From: Podarcis cretensis
Lineage: Eukaryota
Length of the DNA: 64,000 bases
Assembly: GCA_951804945.1 (NCBI GenBank)
Contig: OX638162.1
Coordinates: 34,782,001-34,846,000 of the forward strand
Direction: 5' to 3'
Notes under the pieces: generated by a model
Told to the model about the DNA's origin: nothing
What the model saw: the letters and a program-made list of their open reading frames with translations, nothing else
Database searches by the model: none
In this document: in pieces, positions 48,159-62,743 of the stretch
How positions within the stretch are numbered: the first letter of the stretch is position 1
Layout of the letters: every line of letters starts with the position of its first letter
Position numbers and translations under genes: made by a program

Positions 48159-48170
48159 CATCATCATCAT
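48112..48170. repeat. (ATT)n(ATC)n microsatellite, probably a LINE tail
   Basis: Read directly. Confidence 0.93.
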
Positions 48171-49380
48171 CCCCAACATGAACTATAAAATTCATGTGGA
48201 AACATTCTCACAAATTCTTTCAGCAACCACAGCAAAGGCATTTATTTTCTAATTAATATTGAAATCAACTGTAATTAAGCAGAACTCTTAACAGGCCGGA
48301 TGAGGAGATTAAGATCAATATTCATATGAATCATGCTGCTACAGTGATTAATAGCTTTCAATTGTCAAAAGTAGTACAGTGATAATAAAGCATTTATAAA
48401 AAACCAGTGGAGATACATTATGTTATTTAGATATGAAGTTTTTCATTATGGGCACATCTTTAAGGAGCACAGAGCAGGGATCAGTCGGAAGAAAGAAGTG
48501 GGGGGTGGGGAGTGTGCGTCAACAGGATATTCATAACACTTTTCTGATCACCCTGCAATTAATCTTAGAAGGTCCACACATTTCTCAAATATAGCCTATT
48601 GACTCCTGCAGATCAGAACTCTGTATAAATCTCCAATACATTAATTAAACTAAGGGAAGTTAACTAATTAAAAATATCATTAACCTTTTAAAGCAAATAA
48701 CCAATTTCATTGCAACGTTACACCATCCAAGAGTCCTGCTGGATCAGAGCAAAGATCCTTCTAGTCACTGCAGCCACTCAAGAGACCTGCTGAAAGCCCC
48801 TCTGCCACAAGTTTAAACTTTTCTCTTCGAAAGAGAAAAGTCCGAAACTAGCACCTAAGCGACATTAATGTGGGAGTCCTTGTGAGAGTGGTAAAAAAAA
48901 AAAAAGCCACTCAATCAATTGTGAGTCTCCTAAAAATGAAATATGCTGGCACATCTGACTTGTTGATCCCTGGCACAGCCACCTGCCACATTTCACAGTG
49001 TCATGGTTGAGACAACAGGCAAAGAATCCTGGGCAGTGTGGCTTGGTAAGGGTGCTGACAGCTGTCTGGACACTCCTATATCCCTCACAGAGCTGTAATT
49101 CTTGGGCCTGTGGCAGAAGGGGTTTCCTAACAACTCTCAGCACCCTTCACAAACTGCTCTTCTCAGGAGTCTTTGGGGGAAGCCATGGCTGTTTGAAGTG
49201 ACATGCTATTGCTTTAAATGTATAGTGCAGATGGGCCCAGAGTCCATATGAATTACTGACTTGGTGCCAGTGCCAGGCTAACACCCTGCTTTATTGTCTT
49301 GGCATATATAGCAGATGGTGGTGGTGATGAAGATTTGCTGGCGTCTAGCACCTTAATTCCCACTCATTTCAATGCCAATA

Positions 49381-49896
49381 CAGTGATACCTTGGTTCTCA
49401 AATGCCTTAGTACTCAAACAGCTTGGAACCAAAAACTGCAAACCAGGAAGTAAGTGTTCCGGTTTCTGAACACCTTTTTTTCGGAAGCTGAACGTGCTCC
49501 GTTTTGAGTGTTACGTTTCCAATTTGAGTGCCACACGTCCATTTTGAGTGTTACACGGACGTCTGTCTGTTTTTGCTATTTATTATTGTGTTTTTGTTTC
49601 TGCAGCTCTTTTTGTTTTGTTTTTTGTGACTGTGCGGAACCCACACAGATTGTGGGTCAATACTGATTGATTGATTGTGGGATTGCAGTATATTGTTTAT
49701 TGCTTTCATTTTATGGATCAATGGTCTCATTAAAATTCATGTTAAATTGCTGTTTTAGGGGTTGTTTTTTAAAGTCTGGAACAGATTAATCCATTTTGCA
49801 TTACTTTCCATAGGAAAGCGCGCCTTGGTTTTGGAACACTTTAGTTTTGGAACGGAATTCCAGAATGGATTAAGTTTGAGAACCAAAGTACCACTG
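49381..49896. mobile_element. Tigger/pogo-like non-autonomous DNA transposon (second family)
   Basis: Inverted termini TA|CAGTGATACCTTGGTTCTCAAA...TTTGAGAACCAAAGTACCACTG|TA with a TA TSD. Confidence 0.85.
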
Positions 49897-52800
49897 TATT
49901 TAACTTCATACTTTCAGGTTTTCTTAACTTTTCCTGCATTTTACTTTGCCCTGCTTCTTTGCCTCATGTGTCCTATTGGTTTTAAGCCAAAATAAAACAA
50001 AATAAAATATCATCAGCAACAGCAGCATTTGTCTTTGGAGTACAAGGTAAAACTGGTCAATACAGTGAATTATCCAGTAGCTTTACAGGTAGAAAAATGT
50101 CCTGGAGAGTGATGATGGACCCCTCACTTATGTTCAGCAGAAAGGAAGCTAGTAATTAATCAGCTCTCTTCTCCTTAATAGTATCAGTTTGCTTCAAAAG
50201 AAAAGCAGCGGAAAGCTGAACAAGGCAATTGAATGCTCTGCTCGCTGCAGAAGTGAAAGGGGCCCCATATAAATCAGGGTCTGATTGGCTTCCAGACAAC
50301 TCTTTGGTTATCTGAAAGGTCTATAACAACTTTCTGTTTCAGTGAAAACCTGTGAATTCTTTTTGCAGTATTCTTTCAAGACCAAGAAGAGGAATTATAC
50401 AGTGTAATTTTTGGGCCTGAATTTGGATGCTGGATTCTTGTTGCATTTTTAGGTCCCTGAACTGATCCTTCTTTGAGTTCAGAGGTTAATAGGAATGTTG
50501 CCATTTTATGGCGCAGACAAAGGTAGACCACCTACTAATCACTGGCTGGGAGATGTTGCTCATTGGTCCAAGCATTATTCCCATCTTCTCCCCCTTATAA
50601 ATCCATCCCAGTTCTGCTCAAAGAGGAACATCTTGATCTACCCTGCAAGCCACCTTGAGAAAAATTCAGCAGCAGCTCTTGCATTTCCTAAGACTTATTG
50701 ACTCCAGTTCTTCTGCCTTCAATTCCAGACATTCATTGTCTGCTCCTCACTCTCTGCTATTGCTGGGCTGGGCAAAAAATTATCTCTCCACCCATAAATC
50801 CTCACCCACTCTCCATCAATTAATGAGAAAATTCATTCAAAGAATTCTCAAAGAGGAGAGAATTTTTTGGTGAAAATCTAATGGGTTCTATAAGTGTCCA
50901 TTCTTTCATTCTGCAAATCATATCCCTTTGCTCTGCAGCCTTCCCAGGTGCTAATTCTTCAGTTAAGGCTCATGGCAAAACAATGTGAGAGAATTATCCC
51001 TATGGACATTTTTCAGATCAGAAAGCAATGACAAGTGAGGAGGCTGCAAAGTGCTGGATAAATGTTTACTGGGAAGAACACACACACACACACACACACA
51101 CACACCTCACAACAATAACATAGCTTAAAACCCCACACTGTCAAAAATTTCTATAATGCCCTGAGGCAGAAAAATACCCTGAAAGCCTCTTTCTCAGGGA
51201 AAGAAACTTTTGAGAAAATGGAGGACAGATTTTGGAACAGCAGAATACACTGCTTCCCAAAGTCTATACAAGCATATCACTTCTGACCTACAGTAGACGT
51301 GTCCATGATTTTAAAAAAAGAAACAAGCCACAATAAAATAATATAAATCAGAGAATTGGATTTATTTATTATTAAATGAGAATGAGGATATATTGAGAAC
51401 TCCCCTTGGGTTTTGGGACTATTTCCAAATCAGGGGGCAAAGAAAAAATCCACCAACCTGGCCCAATTTTTCAGCCTCACACCTTAGACACAGGTACCCC
51501 AGCTGGCTGGAGTCCTGATAGGCTTAATGCAAAAAGTAATTTTTTATTGAGGCAGGGAATGGGAAATAGCAGCAGATATCTGAAAACCTGTTGCTATCTG
51601 GATATTGCTGGACTACAAAAGAACACAGGAAGTTGCCTTATGCCATTGCTCCAACTAGCTCAATATTGTCTACAACAGTGGGGAAGCCTTGCTTCTTCAG
51701 ATGTTGCTGACTACCACTCCCATCATTCATCTTAATTGGCTATGCTGGCAGAGGCTGATGGGAACTGGAGTTCAACAACATCTGGAGTGCCACAGATTCG
51801 CAATCCCTGAAAACACAGACAACAGTCATTGATAGTGCTTAAGAAAGTCAAAACACAGTAGCCTGCTAAATCAGCCAATGGAACATGCAATCCCTCATCT
51901 TGTTCTCATAGTGACCAAGCAGATGCCCTACCAAGAAGCCTGTAAGCAGGACCTGAGTGAAACTGCCCATTCTCTATTTGTGATTCCTAGCAATGGTATT
52001 CAGAGGCATAGAGGTAGAATGTAGTCATGGCTAGTGGCCATTGATGGTCTTTCTTCTGTGAAAGCTATGCTTCACTGAATAGCTTTCTACAGCTGTTGCT
52101 GTTCCGTCTCCAACCTTATTTACAGTTCTTCAGTACAAGGATGGCATTTACACATCTTAGCTTTGTGCGTAAGCTTGTCTGCCTACATAGCTTTTGAAAT
52201 AAAACACCTTTCAGCAACTCTCTGAACACTGTAGTCCACACAGATATGATCACAAGGTTATGGGGGACCCCTTGAGCCCAGAGGAATGCTGGCCAATTCT
52301 TCAGTAAACTGCATTCAGTGTGTTGTATTTCACTTAATAAATACCTGTAAACAAGAGTTCTGTAAAGCTGTTAATATCTGCTCCAGAGCTTGCAATGTGA
52401 AGAGACGCTCTCAAAAGCTGAGGCACATGCTGTGGAGGACTCTCCCCCCTACTTTCACCAGACACTGCCATTAGAGTGTTTTAACTTCCATTAAGTTGTC
52501 GCTTTCCCATGCCACCAACTTTCCACAAGGGACAATTCGTTCTGACAGAACCACAGGCTGTCACATACACTAAGAATTCAGTAGAAGTGAGCGGGGAAAA
52601 CCCTCAAAGCTGATGGATTTATTAGTGATTAGAGCTGGCACATCCACTACCTACAAACAAAAGGTAGGATGATGAAGGCTTAGACCTTATTAATTGCATA
52701 CTGACCACAATGCTTTGGTTTTGAAGGATTTGGCAGGGGGTGGGTCACAGAGAGTAAGTTAGGGAAGGGAAAGGAAGGTAATTATTTCATGGGAATATCA

Positions 52801-53480
52801 TCATCATGACCATCATCATTTTGTGTGACAGTGTTTGTTCTTCCCCTAGAAAAGAGCAGACATTGACACTGAGTTGTCAGCATACAGCAGACCCATCTTG
52901 TTTTACGTTACAAGTTCCTCACCTAATGGCTTTCAAGCTTCCAACATTCAGGGGGTCTGTGTTTGCTGAGGAATGTGCTATCATTACGGGTGCTGGCTTC
53001 TAGGGTCAAACCCTTCTGCCCCCCATATTTTTTGGGGGTAGGGGCTACCCCCCCAATGTCCCAAAAGTGAACAGCTGAAACACAGAGCCAAGCACGGTGT
53101 GCTCCAGAGACAAGCTCCTTCTCTTCCTTCTCCTGCCGCAGAGGGGAAGGAGAGTCAAAGCATCCTCCCGTTGGTGGCGGCACCAAGAGGAAGTGGAGGA
53201 TGAGCTGCCGGCCATTGAGCAGTGTAGCCATCACATTCGGCTCCACCCCTGCCTCCTCCCGACATCCTGACATCACTAGTGCAATGCTGTCCCCCACCAC
53301 AACCAATTGCCCTCACAAGCTGGTGCCTCTGGTCATCATCATCATCATTTACCTGCCCTTCACTCTAAGGTCCCAAGGTTGGTTACAACATTAAAACACA
53401 ATAATAAAAATAATTTTAAACAACTTACAATTACAGAAATAAGGCGGGTCCTGAAAATTTGCATCTCAAGTGTCAAAATA

Positions 53481-53650
53481 GCCAGTGTGGTGTGGTGGTT
53501 AGAGTGTCAGACTAGGACCTGGGAGACCAGGGTTCTAGTCCCACTTGGCCATGAAGCTCAATGGGTAACTTTAGGCCAGTCACAGTTCCTTAGCCTAATA
53601 TACCCCACACAGTTATTGCAAGAATACAATGCAGGGGTGGAAAACTGTGC
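53481..53650 (+). mobile_element. MIR-like CORE-SINE inserted in an L2-like fragment (about 53330-53880, minus)
   Basis: Head GCCAGTGTGGTGTGGTGGTTAGAGTGTCAGACTAGGACCTGGGAGACCAGGGTTC. The flanks resemble an L2 3' region. Confidence 0.62.
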
Positions 53651-55667
53651 AAGCCAAACATCTCTGTGTGAAGGGAGTTGCACAATTTAGGGGTTACTAC
53701 AGAGAATGCCATCTTCTGGGCTAAGCCACCCCAACCTGAGCTTCTGAAGGCAGAGGAACTATTAACAGGGCCACTTCTGTCAGTCTTAGCACCCAATACC
53801 AGGCCTGTGTGAAGCTTGTCTGAGGCCTGGGGCAGGAGCCTTGCACACATAGCATCCTCACATGCCAAATCTACATACCACCAGAGGCAGCATCCACAAT
53901 GAGAGATAAAACAGAAAGCCTCTGTCCCTGGTTCTCACCAGCTTAACAAGTTTTGCTGAAGAATGAGAGGCTGAGGCTGATATGAGTGAAGGCAGTGCTT
54001 CAAATACATTGACCACAAGTCATCTCCCTTTTGGGAAGGGTCGCAGCCTAGTGTTCCTGCAATACTTTGCATGCAGAAGGCCCCAGGTTCAGTTCCCAGC
54101 ATTTGCATGTAGGGCTGAAGAAAGAATTGTTTCTGGAATCCTGGCATGCTGCTGCCAGTCAGTGTAGGCAATATTGAGCTGAACAGACCAATGGCCTGTC
54201 TCAGTATAAGAATACGTGTGAAAGTGTCATAAAGGAAAACGGCCAGAAGAGGGAGAAAAACTAAATAAAACTGCTAGGAGAGCCATTTAATATTGCAAGG
54301 TATTTGTACATGAGTGAGAGAATGCATAAGAATGTACGAGAGGCCCTTCTGAATCAGGCCAATGTCCCTTCTAGTCCAGCATTCTGCTCTCACAGTGGCT
54401 AACCAGATGTTCCAGTGGGAAGCCTGCAAGCAGGGCCTGAGGACAATAGCACTCTGTGAGTCCCAGCGACTGATATTCAGGGATTTAATGACTCCAACTG
54501 TAGAATCAGAACATAGCCAGCAAGGGAAGCAGGATTCAACTTATACAATCATAGAATTGTAGAGTTGGAAGGGACCAAATTTTACGATATGCTTGCTGGC
54601 TCCATTCACCATTTACATTTTTGATACTTGAAATGGGATGCCTAAAAAATAAACAGATCAACTATTGCTATTTTATGGATTCCAGGTTTGGGCCCTAAGA
54701 ATGGTAAACCTGAGGCCTGCTGAGCCTCAGTTGTTAGCAAACCCTGCTTAATTGGCAAACAATTCATACAGTAGATAAAACTCAACCCCTGACAACCCCA
54801 CCCCCATCCCACCCACCGCCCCAAACTTTTAACTAAGCTCATCAATTACTCTTAACAGTCTAAATAGTTGGCAGTGTTTACCCAACATCCTTCCCGATTT
54901 CCTCTGCTCGATCTTGCAGCTCATTAAAAGCATCTCTATTTATTTGCTGTGTGTTACAGCCCTTAACTTTGGCACAATGTGCGAAGCGGAAGCCAATTTT
55001 GCTTTTCCCTGTGGTGTTAATTGGTAGAGCATGCTGCCTGCCTCTTCATTAATTATGTCAATGTGTATGAAACTTCCATTTCAAGGCGGCGAATTAACAA
55101 AGCTTCTGAATGAGATGGACCAAAAAAGACCAAAAAAAAAAAAAAGACCACAGAAAAAGAAAAAGAAAAAACCCACCCAGACCAGCTTGGAAAAGATGGG
55201 TTGCTGATGGGAGCGATTGGTGGTCAAAGTGGGAGGATCTGTTGCAAACAGAACAGAGTATACTCCCCTCACCATCCTGTTTAACTCCTCAGATGTCGCT
55301 GCCAGCTTTCAGCAAAGTCATGTCAGAAGTAAACAATCAAATTTCTGGATGAAAGTAAATTGCACAGCCTCAAATGATACAAATGTCAGAGACCTGATTT
55401 CAGGAGACTACTGGTGTGTTTGAATGGAATGCTTTAACTGGCTCTTTCTGGGCATTTTTCATTTGGGGAAGGGGCATACCTCAGTGGCAGAGTATCTGCT
55501 TTCCATGCATCTCCAGGTAGCTCTGCAAGAGATCCCTGCCTGAGACCCTGGAGAGCCATTGTCAATGTGTGGACATTAGTGAGGCAGATGGACCAAGGGA
55601 TTGACTCAGTATAAGTCACTTTCCTGTGGGTCAATATGCCTTAATCCTCTAACCATTGTATGAATTT

Positions 55668-56011
55668 AAAAGGTAAAGGTAAAGGGACCCCTGACCATAA
55701 GGTCCAGTTGCGGATGACTCTGGGGTTGCGGCGCTCATCTCGCTTTATTGGCATACAACTTCCAGGTCATGTGGCCAGCATGACTAAGCCACTTCTGGTG
55801 AACCAGAGCAGTGCACGGAAGTGGCGTTTACCTTCCCGCTGGAGCGGTACCTATTTATCTACTTGCACTTTTATGTGCTTTTGAACTGCTAGGTTGACAG
55901 GAGCAGGGACTGAGTAGTGGGAGCTCACCCCATCATGGGGATTCGAACTGCCGACCTCCTGATTGGCAAGCCCTAGGCTCTGTGGTTTAGACCACAGTGC
56001 CACCCGCATCC
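55668..56011 (-). mobile_element. Sauria SINE
   Basis: Same family, with an imperfect TSD tgtatgWatttaa. Confidence 0.92.
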
Positions 56012-57964
56012 TATACTGTATGTATTTAATATGTTCTAATTGGGGGGAAATTCTGAACTCCTTCAATGGACAAGTGGATAATGACAATATGGGATGCAGT
56101 AATAATACTGATGGATGGGGCCAGGCTGATCTCCCTCTTGCCTATATATTTGTTTGTTTAAAGTGGGAGGGACAGTCCATCAATAGTCCTTGATCTCTTG
56201 GACAATGGCAGAAGCCAGAGTGTGAAGGGCTGCAGTTCATTGTTTGAGCATCTGCTTTGCATGCAGAAGATCCCAAGTTCAATCCCTGACATCTCCAAAT
56301 AGGGCTAAGGATGTTCCAAGCCTGAAACCCTAGAGAACAGCTGCCAGGCAATACTGAGCTGACAATGGTCTGACTTAGTATAAGCAAGTTTTCTACATTC
56401 CTTCCTATGTTCAGAGCCCCAGTCTCTCTGCCTGTTGTTTGCTGACCAGCTCTAGTCTGATACCGTTGAAGCACTTTAGCAAGCCACACCAACAAAGATA
56501 TGCAGGCTTTGCACTGTAAGTCCAAATGTTTCCATACAAGTTCAAGTTCCCAAGTTTTTGTTGTTTGGCCATTCTCTAGAAACCTTCCTTGGCTACCCAG
56601 GTCGAAGAACCAGGGTTAAAACATGATCAGCCTGATGCTTGGAGTTCCCATTTTGGCTTGCTTGTCATGTTTTCCTGCCAATACCATGTCCATGGGTGTC
56701 AGTGTGTCAACCAGTACCTCTTATGGTGCCGGCAAAAGGTTTTAAGAATTGCACCATCAAAATGTTTGAGAGGATGCATGAGCTCATTGGAAGGACAAGC
56801 CCTGTGAGATTCCATAAGGCTTCAGACAACTCTATACCTTTGCTGAAGCAACACTCTTCCAGACTTAGATGGTGGATCCACTTGGAACTGTCCGTGGATG
56901 TTCCCTGATCTAAGTACGTTTACTTATCTTGTTCAGGTCTTTCTCCCCCTCTCTTGCACTGAACACATTCCCTAAAACAGACACCAACTCTATCTTTGAT
57001 TCTAAACATAATGGGTGCAGAAATGGTGGGTGATGTGGGTGCTTTTTAATTGATGTTTGTGTGTGTGGTGCCTGCACCATTTTGTGGTTCTGTCTCTCTT
57101 TCTTCTGTTTCAGCTGTGGTGGCCATTTTGTGCTATGTAGCACTTTTCAATACCCATGCTATTTTCTCAAAATCCCAAATGTCCCCATTGGCAAAACGAA
57201 ACCCCGAAACACCTGGCAATCCCTGTCATGCTTCTATTTACATTGGAAATACTTTATCTGCCAACTTAGTTTGGGTTATGATACTGGAGCTTCCTTTGGC
57301 TCCCAACTCCAGTGCTGAGCCAGCATGTCCCAGCACAATTCTAGAATACATATAATAAATGGGTGGAATTTGTTCAGAGGAACACAAACCAAACTTCTAT
57401 CATTCTTAGGACTTCTCCTGTCACACAACCAATTCATATGCAGCCTTAGAAACCAACAGATTAAATTATAAGATAAACTTGTATAAAATAAATAGTGAAG
57501 AGTTTGTGGGTCAATAGATATGAGTCAAGTTGGTCTGGAAACTAAAGAAAATCTAAATAAAGAAAATCAATATTAATTAGGAATGGATGAATCTGTCGAT
57601 TTTTTCTTGCCTTCTTCCAGCTTAGGCTCGCAAGGGAGACCAGGTTGATATTGGGGCACTCACTGACAGGCGAGAGGCCACATCCTAAAGAACAGGGTCA
57701 TGGCAAGTCAAGTCTAGTAGTTCAGTCAAATCCCAACCAGGGCAAGGTAAGGCAAAAAAAGCAGCTTATCAGCACACTGGATTGCTCACAAAAATACAGT
57801 ACTTGCTAGAACTTATTCATGGAGAGATGCTACCTCCACAGGAGGCTTTCACTTTTGGGTTGTAGGAGTCTGATGTGGCCACGCTTCTGGCCTGAATGGT
57901 TTGGGACCTCATGGCTCTGCAGATGGTGACCCCATCCCTCTGAATCTGCTTCAGAGCTGGATGG

Positions 57965-58460
57965 AACATAAGAGCCTCCTGGACAAGGCAATGTCCATTT
58001 TGTCCAGTATCCTGTTCTCACAATAGCCAGCCAGATGTTTGTGGGAAATCCACAAGCAGGACCTGAGCACAGGAGCACTATCTCCTCCTGTGGATTCTAG
58101 CAACTGGCATTTAGAAGCTTAACTGCCTCTGTCTATGAAGGCAAATAATTGCCATCATGAAATTTTCCAATCTTTTTTAGTCATCCATCTTGGTGGTGAT
58201 CACTATCTAGTTTAACTATGTAATATGTGAAGAACTTTCTTTTATGTGTCATGAATCTTCCAGCATTCAGCTTCACTGGATGACCACAAGTTCCGAGAGG
58301 GAGAATACACTTTCTCTATCCAGTTTCTCCATGCCATTAATAATTTCACAAACATCTGTCTTGTCATGACTTACTTGCCTTTTCTCTAAACAAAAAAGTC
58401 CTAAATACTGCAACATTTCCTAATAGGATCACCTTGGTTGCCCTTTGCTGAACAATTTTT
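57965..58460 (-). mobile_element. CR1 LINE 3' fragment
   Basis: Collinear with the 11793 copy. Shorter copies occur at about 26600-26875, 51840-52060 and 54327-54520. Confidence 0.72.
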
Positions 58461-61400
58461 GAACCGCGACACCATTTCAGTTTCTTTCTTCTTAGTTTTC
58501 CAATCTTAACTTTGGTTCACTACATTTCTACATCTACTTGTGATTTATTTTATTTTATTTATTATAAAAAAACTCATGAAAACCCATCTGCATTTTATTG
58601 CAAATTTATCCTAGCATATGCATATTTGCATTCAATTATTGCCAAACACACACAATGTTGCAAGCAATTTTCAAAAGTGCAATGGATTTTTTTCTTGTTA
58701 TACTGAGTCATAAATGTATTTTAGTGTACACTTTCCCCTAACAAACTCGGTTTGTTGCTGTTGCTGTTGTAGAACTACAAAACTACAAAACTACAAAACG
58801 TGGAGAAGTGTGGCTTTCAAATCTAGCTCTATTTTTGCTTGCATATTGTTTTTGGAAATATGCATTTGGTTGGTTGTATTAAATTGTGAGCCAAACTAAA
58901 TTTGCCCCCTGCCCCTAACATAATTACAAGGTTCTATCAAATGGCTGCACCTCTTCTTGTTGTGGGAAAAGTTTTTATTGGACTGAGTTTATTAGATGGT
59001 GTGAGGAAAGAAAGGAATGAGGGCACAGTGATTTTAATCCCATAGGCCTCTAAGGCCAAAACTCTTCTGTCTTTCTTTCAATTTATGTCACTTGCATCTC
59101 GGAGAGCTCAGAACAGTTTGCATATGCTTTCCCAGGTGGTCTCATGTATGGGTGGCATATAGGGGGAAACCTATTAACTTCAGCAGGAAAATTGTATTAT
59201 AGGCCCTCAGGCCATTCTCTGGACCATAAACATAATAATCTCAACTAAATGAAGCTCTTTCAGAAAGCTAAGCCCTATAGAGGATGAGTGGATATGTGTG
59301 TGGAGGGTGTTTGTGTTGCAATGAACCCCAGGGTTCTATACACAGAGACATTTTGTGCACTCACATTCACCCACACAAACTGTATCAATAAATTCCCAGT
59401 CACTCTGTGTGTGGGGTGGGGGTTAGCCTTCATCACAGTATTGTCCTTTAGTACCTGTTCCCGTGCATGGAAGACAGTAAAAGGATGACACTGAAGGATG
59501 CTGGTGTATGTTTGTGTCCTGAGTGTCCATGAAGTCGTATCCACTTCCTAAGGTTCACATTATTGGCCTCAGGAGGACTCTGGTTCAGATAATGTCCCTC
59601 TTAAGGTGGAACAGTCATCACCCCTTTCTACGGTGCCCTGGGATGGAGACATCACTCTTGCATCATCAATATGTGAGGCTGCAGTCTGCCCTCCTTCACA
59701 ACCACACAGTACTATACAACTGCAAAATAGACTGATGTTCCTTTAAATACAGCATGCAAAAGAGCACAAAACTGGAAAAGTCAAGCCGTCACAGCCTTTC
59801 TAAGGCTTCAGGCCACTCTGTATCTTTGCTGATGCAGCACCTTCCCAATCTCAGCTAGCAGGGTCCACCGGGAGCTGTCCATGGTCCTGATACAATTTGT
59901 CTTGATCTACCATGTCCCTGACCTGAACTGCACAAGACTGGTATTCAGGACAGAATACCTGGTGCCCACAGATATTTTGGATGAAATCTTCATTCAGCTC
60001 CAATATGCATACCCAATGTCAGAGCTAGTGGGAATTATATTCCAAAACATCTGGGAGATTTAGGAAGGCTGCACTAGTATCAAGTCTCATTGTATTTGCA
60101 TTTCCCCACCCTTTGGCCCCATTTGTTGGTCAGGCTAGAGTCTGGTGGGATGTTAAGCATAATGGACTGTTTATATACTATTGTGAATATATGTGACACT
60201 TCAGACTGAGTGCCTCAAAAGTTTGGGAGTTGGTATGAGAAAGCTGAATTTTATTGCATTCGGCTCCCATAAGTGACAGTATAATTGCAGAAGCTCCATA
60301 TAAAAACAACAACAACAACACTGTAGTGAATTTGAAAGGCCTTCTATTCTTCTTGCTTATATTACAAATATTTATGCCTTTTGAAAAATACACAGCATAG
60401 ACCTTTCCTGTCTCCTGCAAAACCTCTGAACCAGGGTGTTCATTAAATTCAATCGCATATGCACCAAACACTCTGAAGAAGAATGGTGAACCACAGTTAG
60501 AAAGATGTAAGCAATGTTTACAGAAAACATTTTGACACTGGGAGCTGGAAAATGTTTTGTACACATTCAGCTTTGCAATAAGTACTTCTTCCTCCTCCTC
60601 TTCTTTTTAAATCACCTACATTTAAAAAAAAATGAAATGCAGGAGAGGCAAATTTAAAAATGGAAGATCGACCACCAGATATAGTATTATAGGCCCTTCA
60701 CATCAACTTTACTAATACCATGTACAGTAAAGATATGCAATGTCTGATAACTGAAGGAATCTGGATTTCTATAATTAGCAAGTTGTTAAAGCCCAGCATT
60801 GGAGGATTTTTAAAAAGCTTAATTTTATTTTATTTTTTATTTTCACCCTACACTGCTCTGCTTTAACGCAAAGAAACAAATAGAAGTCACCCAGAGCTCT
60901 TCAGAATGCTACAGACTACTAGTTAGGCTCACAGTGTAAGGACTATCAGAGGCCTGTTTGTATTATGGACACAAACAAGCACCAGAAAGTTCAGTGTAAC
61001 CTGCAAAGTTTTAAAAGATGTTCAAATGCAAGCAGACAAGCCAAAAATACCCTGAGTCAGTGGAGCTTACTCCCACATAGTTTAGGATTACACTCACCTC
61101 CCACAGGTCTTCAGGAATGTGAATCCATATCTTCCCAGCCTAATTCCAGCATGCTAACAATTACGCTATCTTTTACCAGCCCACTATTATATGACTGCTA
61201 GCTTATCCTAATTAATTGTATATTATGCTCTGTACTGCCTGCATTTTTGGACTTTCCTTGAGGGTGTGGCTACGGGAGCTTTAATGATGAGCTCCTACTC
61301 CAAAAGGGACCATAGTTTAGTGCCAACATCTATTACTGAGATAATCTAGGCAGTAATACTATCAGCACAGATAGTGTTGTGAACTGCTATTCGGCACTTT

Positions 61401-61651
61401 TTTTCCTTTCTTTTTTTAACCCACAAATCTGGAAGCTTTGCCTTTACTCTGATTTGGCTTCATGAAGATAGGACATGGTGATGTTTAAACTCTAATAATA
61501 TTTTACAGGTTAAAAAACAAAGCAAGGCACCAAGAGATCGCTGGAATCACAATCACCACAGGACCCCACAATGAGGAACGATGAAAAGGGAGTCAGGGTG
61601 TCAGCTCTGCCCCACCTTCAAGCCAAGAAAGGTCTATAAAATGTCAGTGTC

Positions 61652-62687
61652 GGGGGAAAATGGAAAATGAAAACTTATGAAGAAGTGAAAGAATTTGTTT
61701 ATGATTGGTTGCATTACTATCAAGTTAATGAAATGTTTTAAAAAGATTGTAAAGAGTGTGGATATGAAGAAAAAGAATCAAAATTTCAAACAGAGGTACT
61801 AAACAATGAGTATAAAAATTTGTCCAAAATGTATAAAATGCTGCTGGAATGGCACACAAAAGATGAAGAGGTTAAATCGGTAATGATACATTGGGCCAGA
61901 GATTTTGGGTATAATATACAATATGATGATTGGATGAAATTATGGAATGAAAGGTTAAAATTTATGGCGTGTACTGCGTTGAAGGGAAATGTAATGAAAA
62001 TGGTATATAGATGGTATATAACGCCAGTTAAACTGGGTAAAATGTATAAAACATGTAACAAGTGTTGGAAATGTAAAGAAAAAGAAGGAACTTTCTATCA
62101 TATGTGGTGGGAGTGTAAAAGGGTGAAAGGCTTCTGGGAAATGATATATAATGAACTGAAAAAGATGTTGAAATATACGTTTGTTAAGAAACCAGAGGCC
62201 TTCTTATTAGGATTGGTAGGCAATGAAATTAATAAGAAAGATCATAAACTTTTCCAGTACGCAGTAACAGCAGCAAGAATACTTCTGGCGCAAAGATGGA
62301 AGCAGGAAGAAATCCCAACAGTGGGAGAATGGAGAATGAAATTGACTGAATACGCAGAATTGGATAAACTGACAGGGAAGATTTGATACCAGAGAGACCA
62401 AAGGTTTATCGAGGACTGGGGGAGATTTACAGAATATCTGATAGCATATGTGATGTACAGACAACGCTTGTTGGTTTTCAAGAGACTCTGTGAAAAATTA
62501 AGAAATATTGTAAAAAAGAGAGTAAGAGGGGAGAGGTGATTTTAAAGGCAATATTAAGTTTAGAAATGCGTTGACAATAGAAATTTTAACGAAAGATTGG
62601 CAGAGAAACTGAGGGAAGTCAAAAATTGATGAATGTGTGATAAAATATGAATTGATTGTATAAAAATGTTTTGAAAATGAATAAAAA

Positions 62688-62733
<46 letters not shown>
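61652..62733 (+). mobile_element. 5'-truncated L1-clade LINE (ORF2 C-terminus, 3'UTR and tail)
   Basis: ORF 61820-62386 carries the L1 cysteine-rich motif CWKC...GTFYHMWWEC and is bounded by in-frame premature stops. AATAAA is at 62680, followed by a (TA)n tail. A perfect 17-bp TSD TATAAAATGTCAGTGTC lies at 61635-61651 and 62734-62750. Confidence 0.92.
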
Positions 62734-62743
<10 letters not shown>

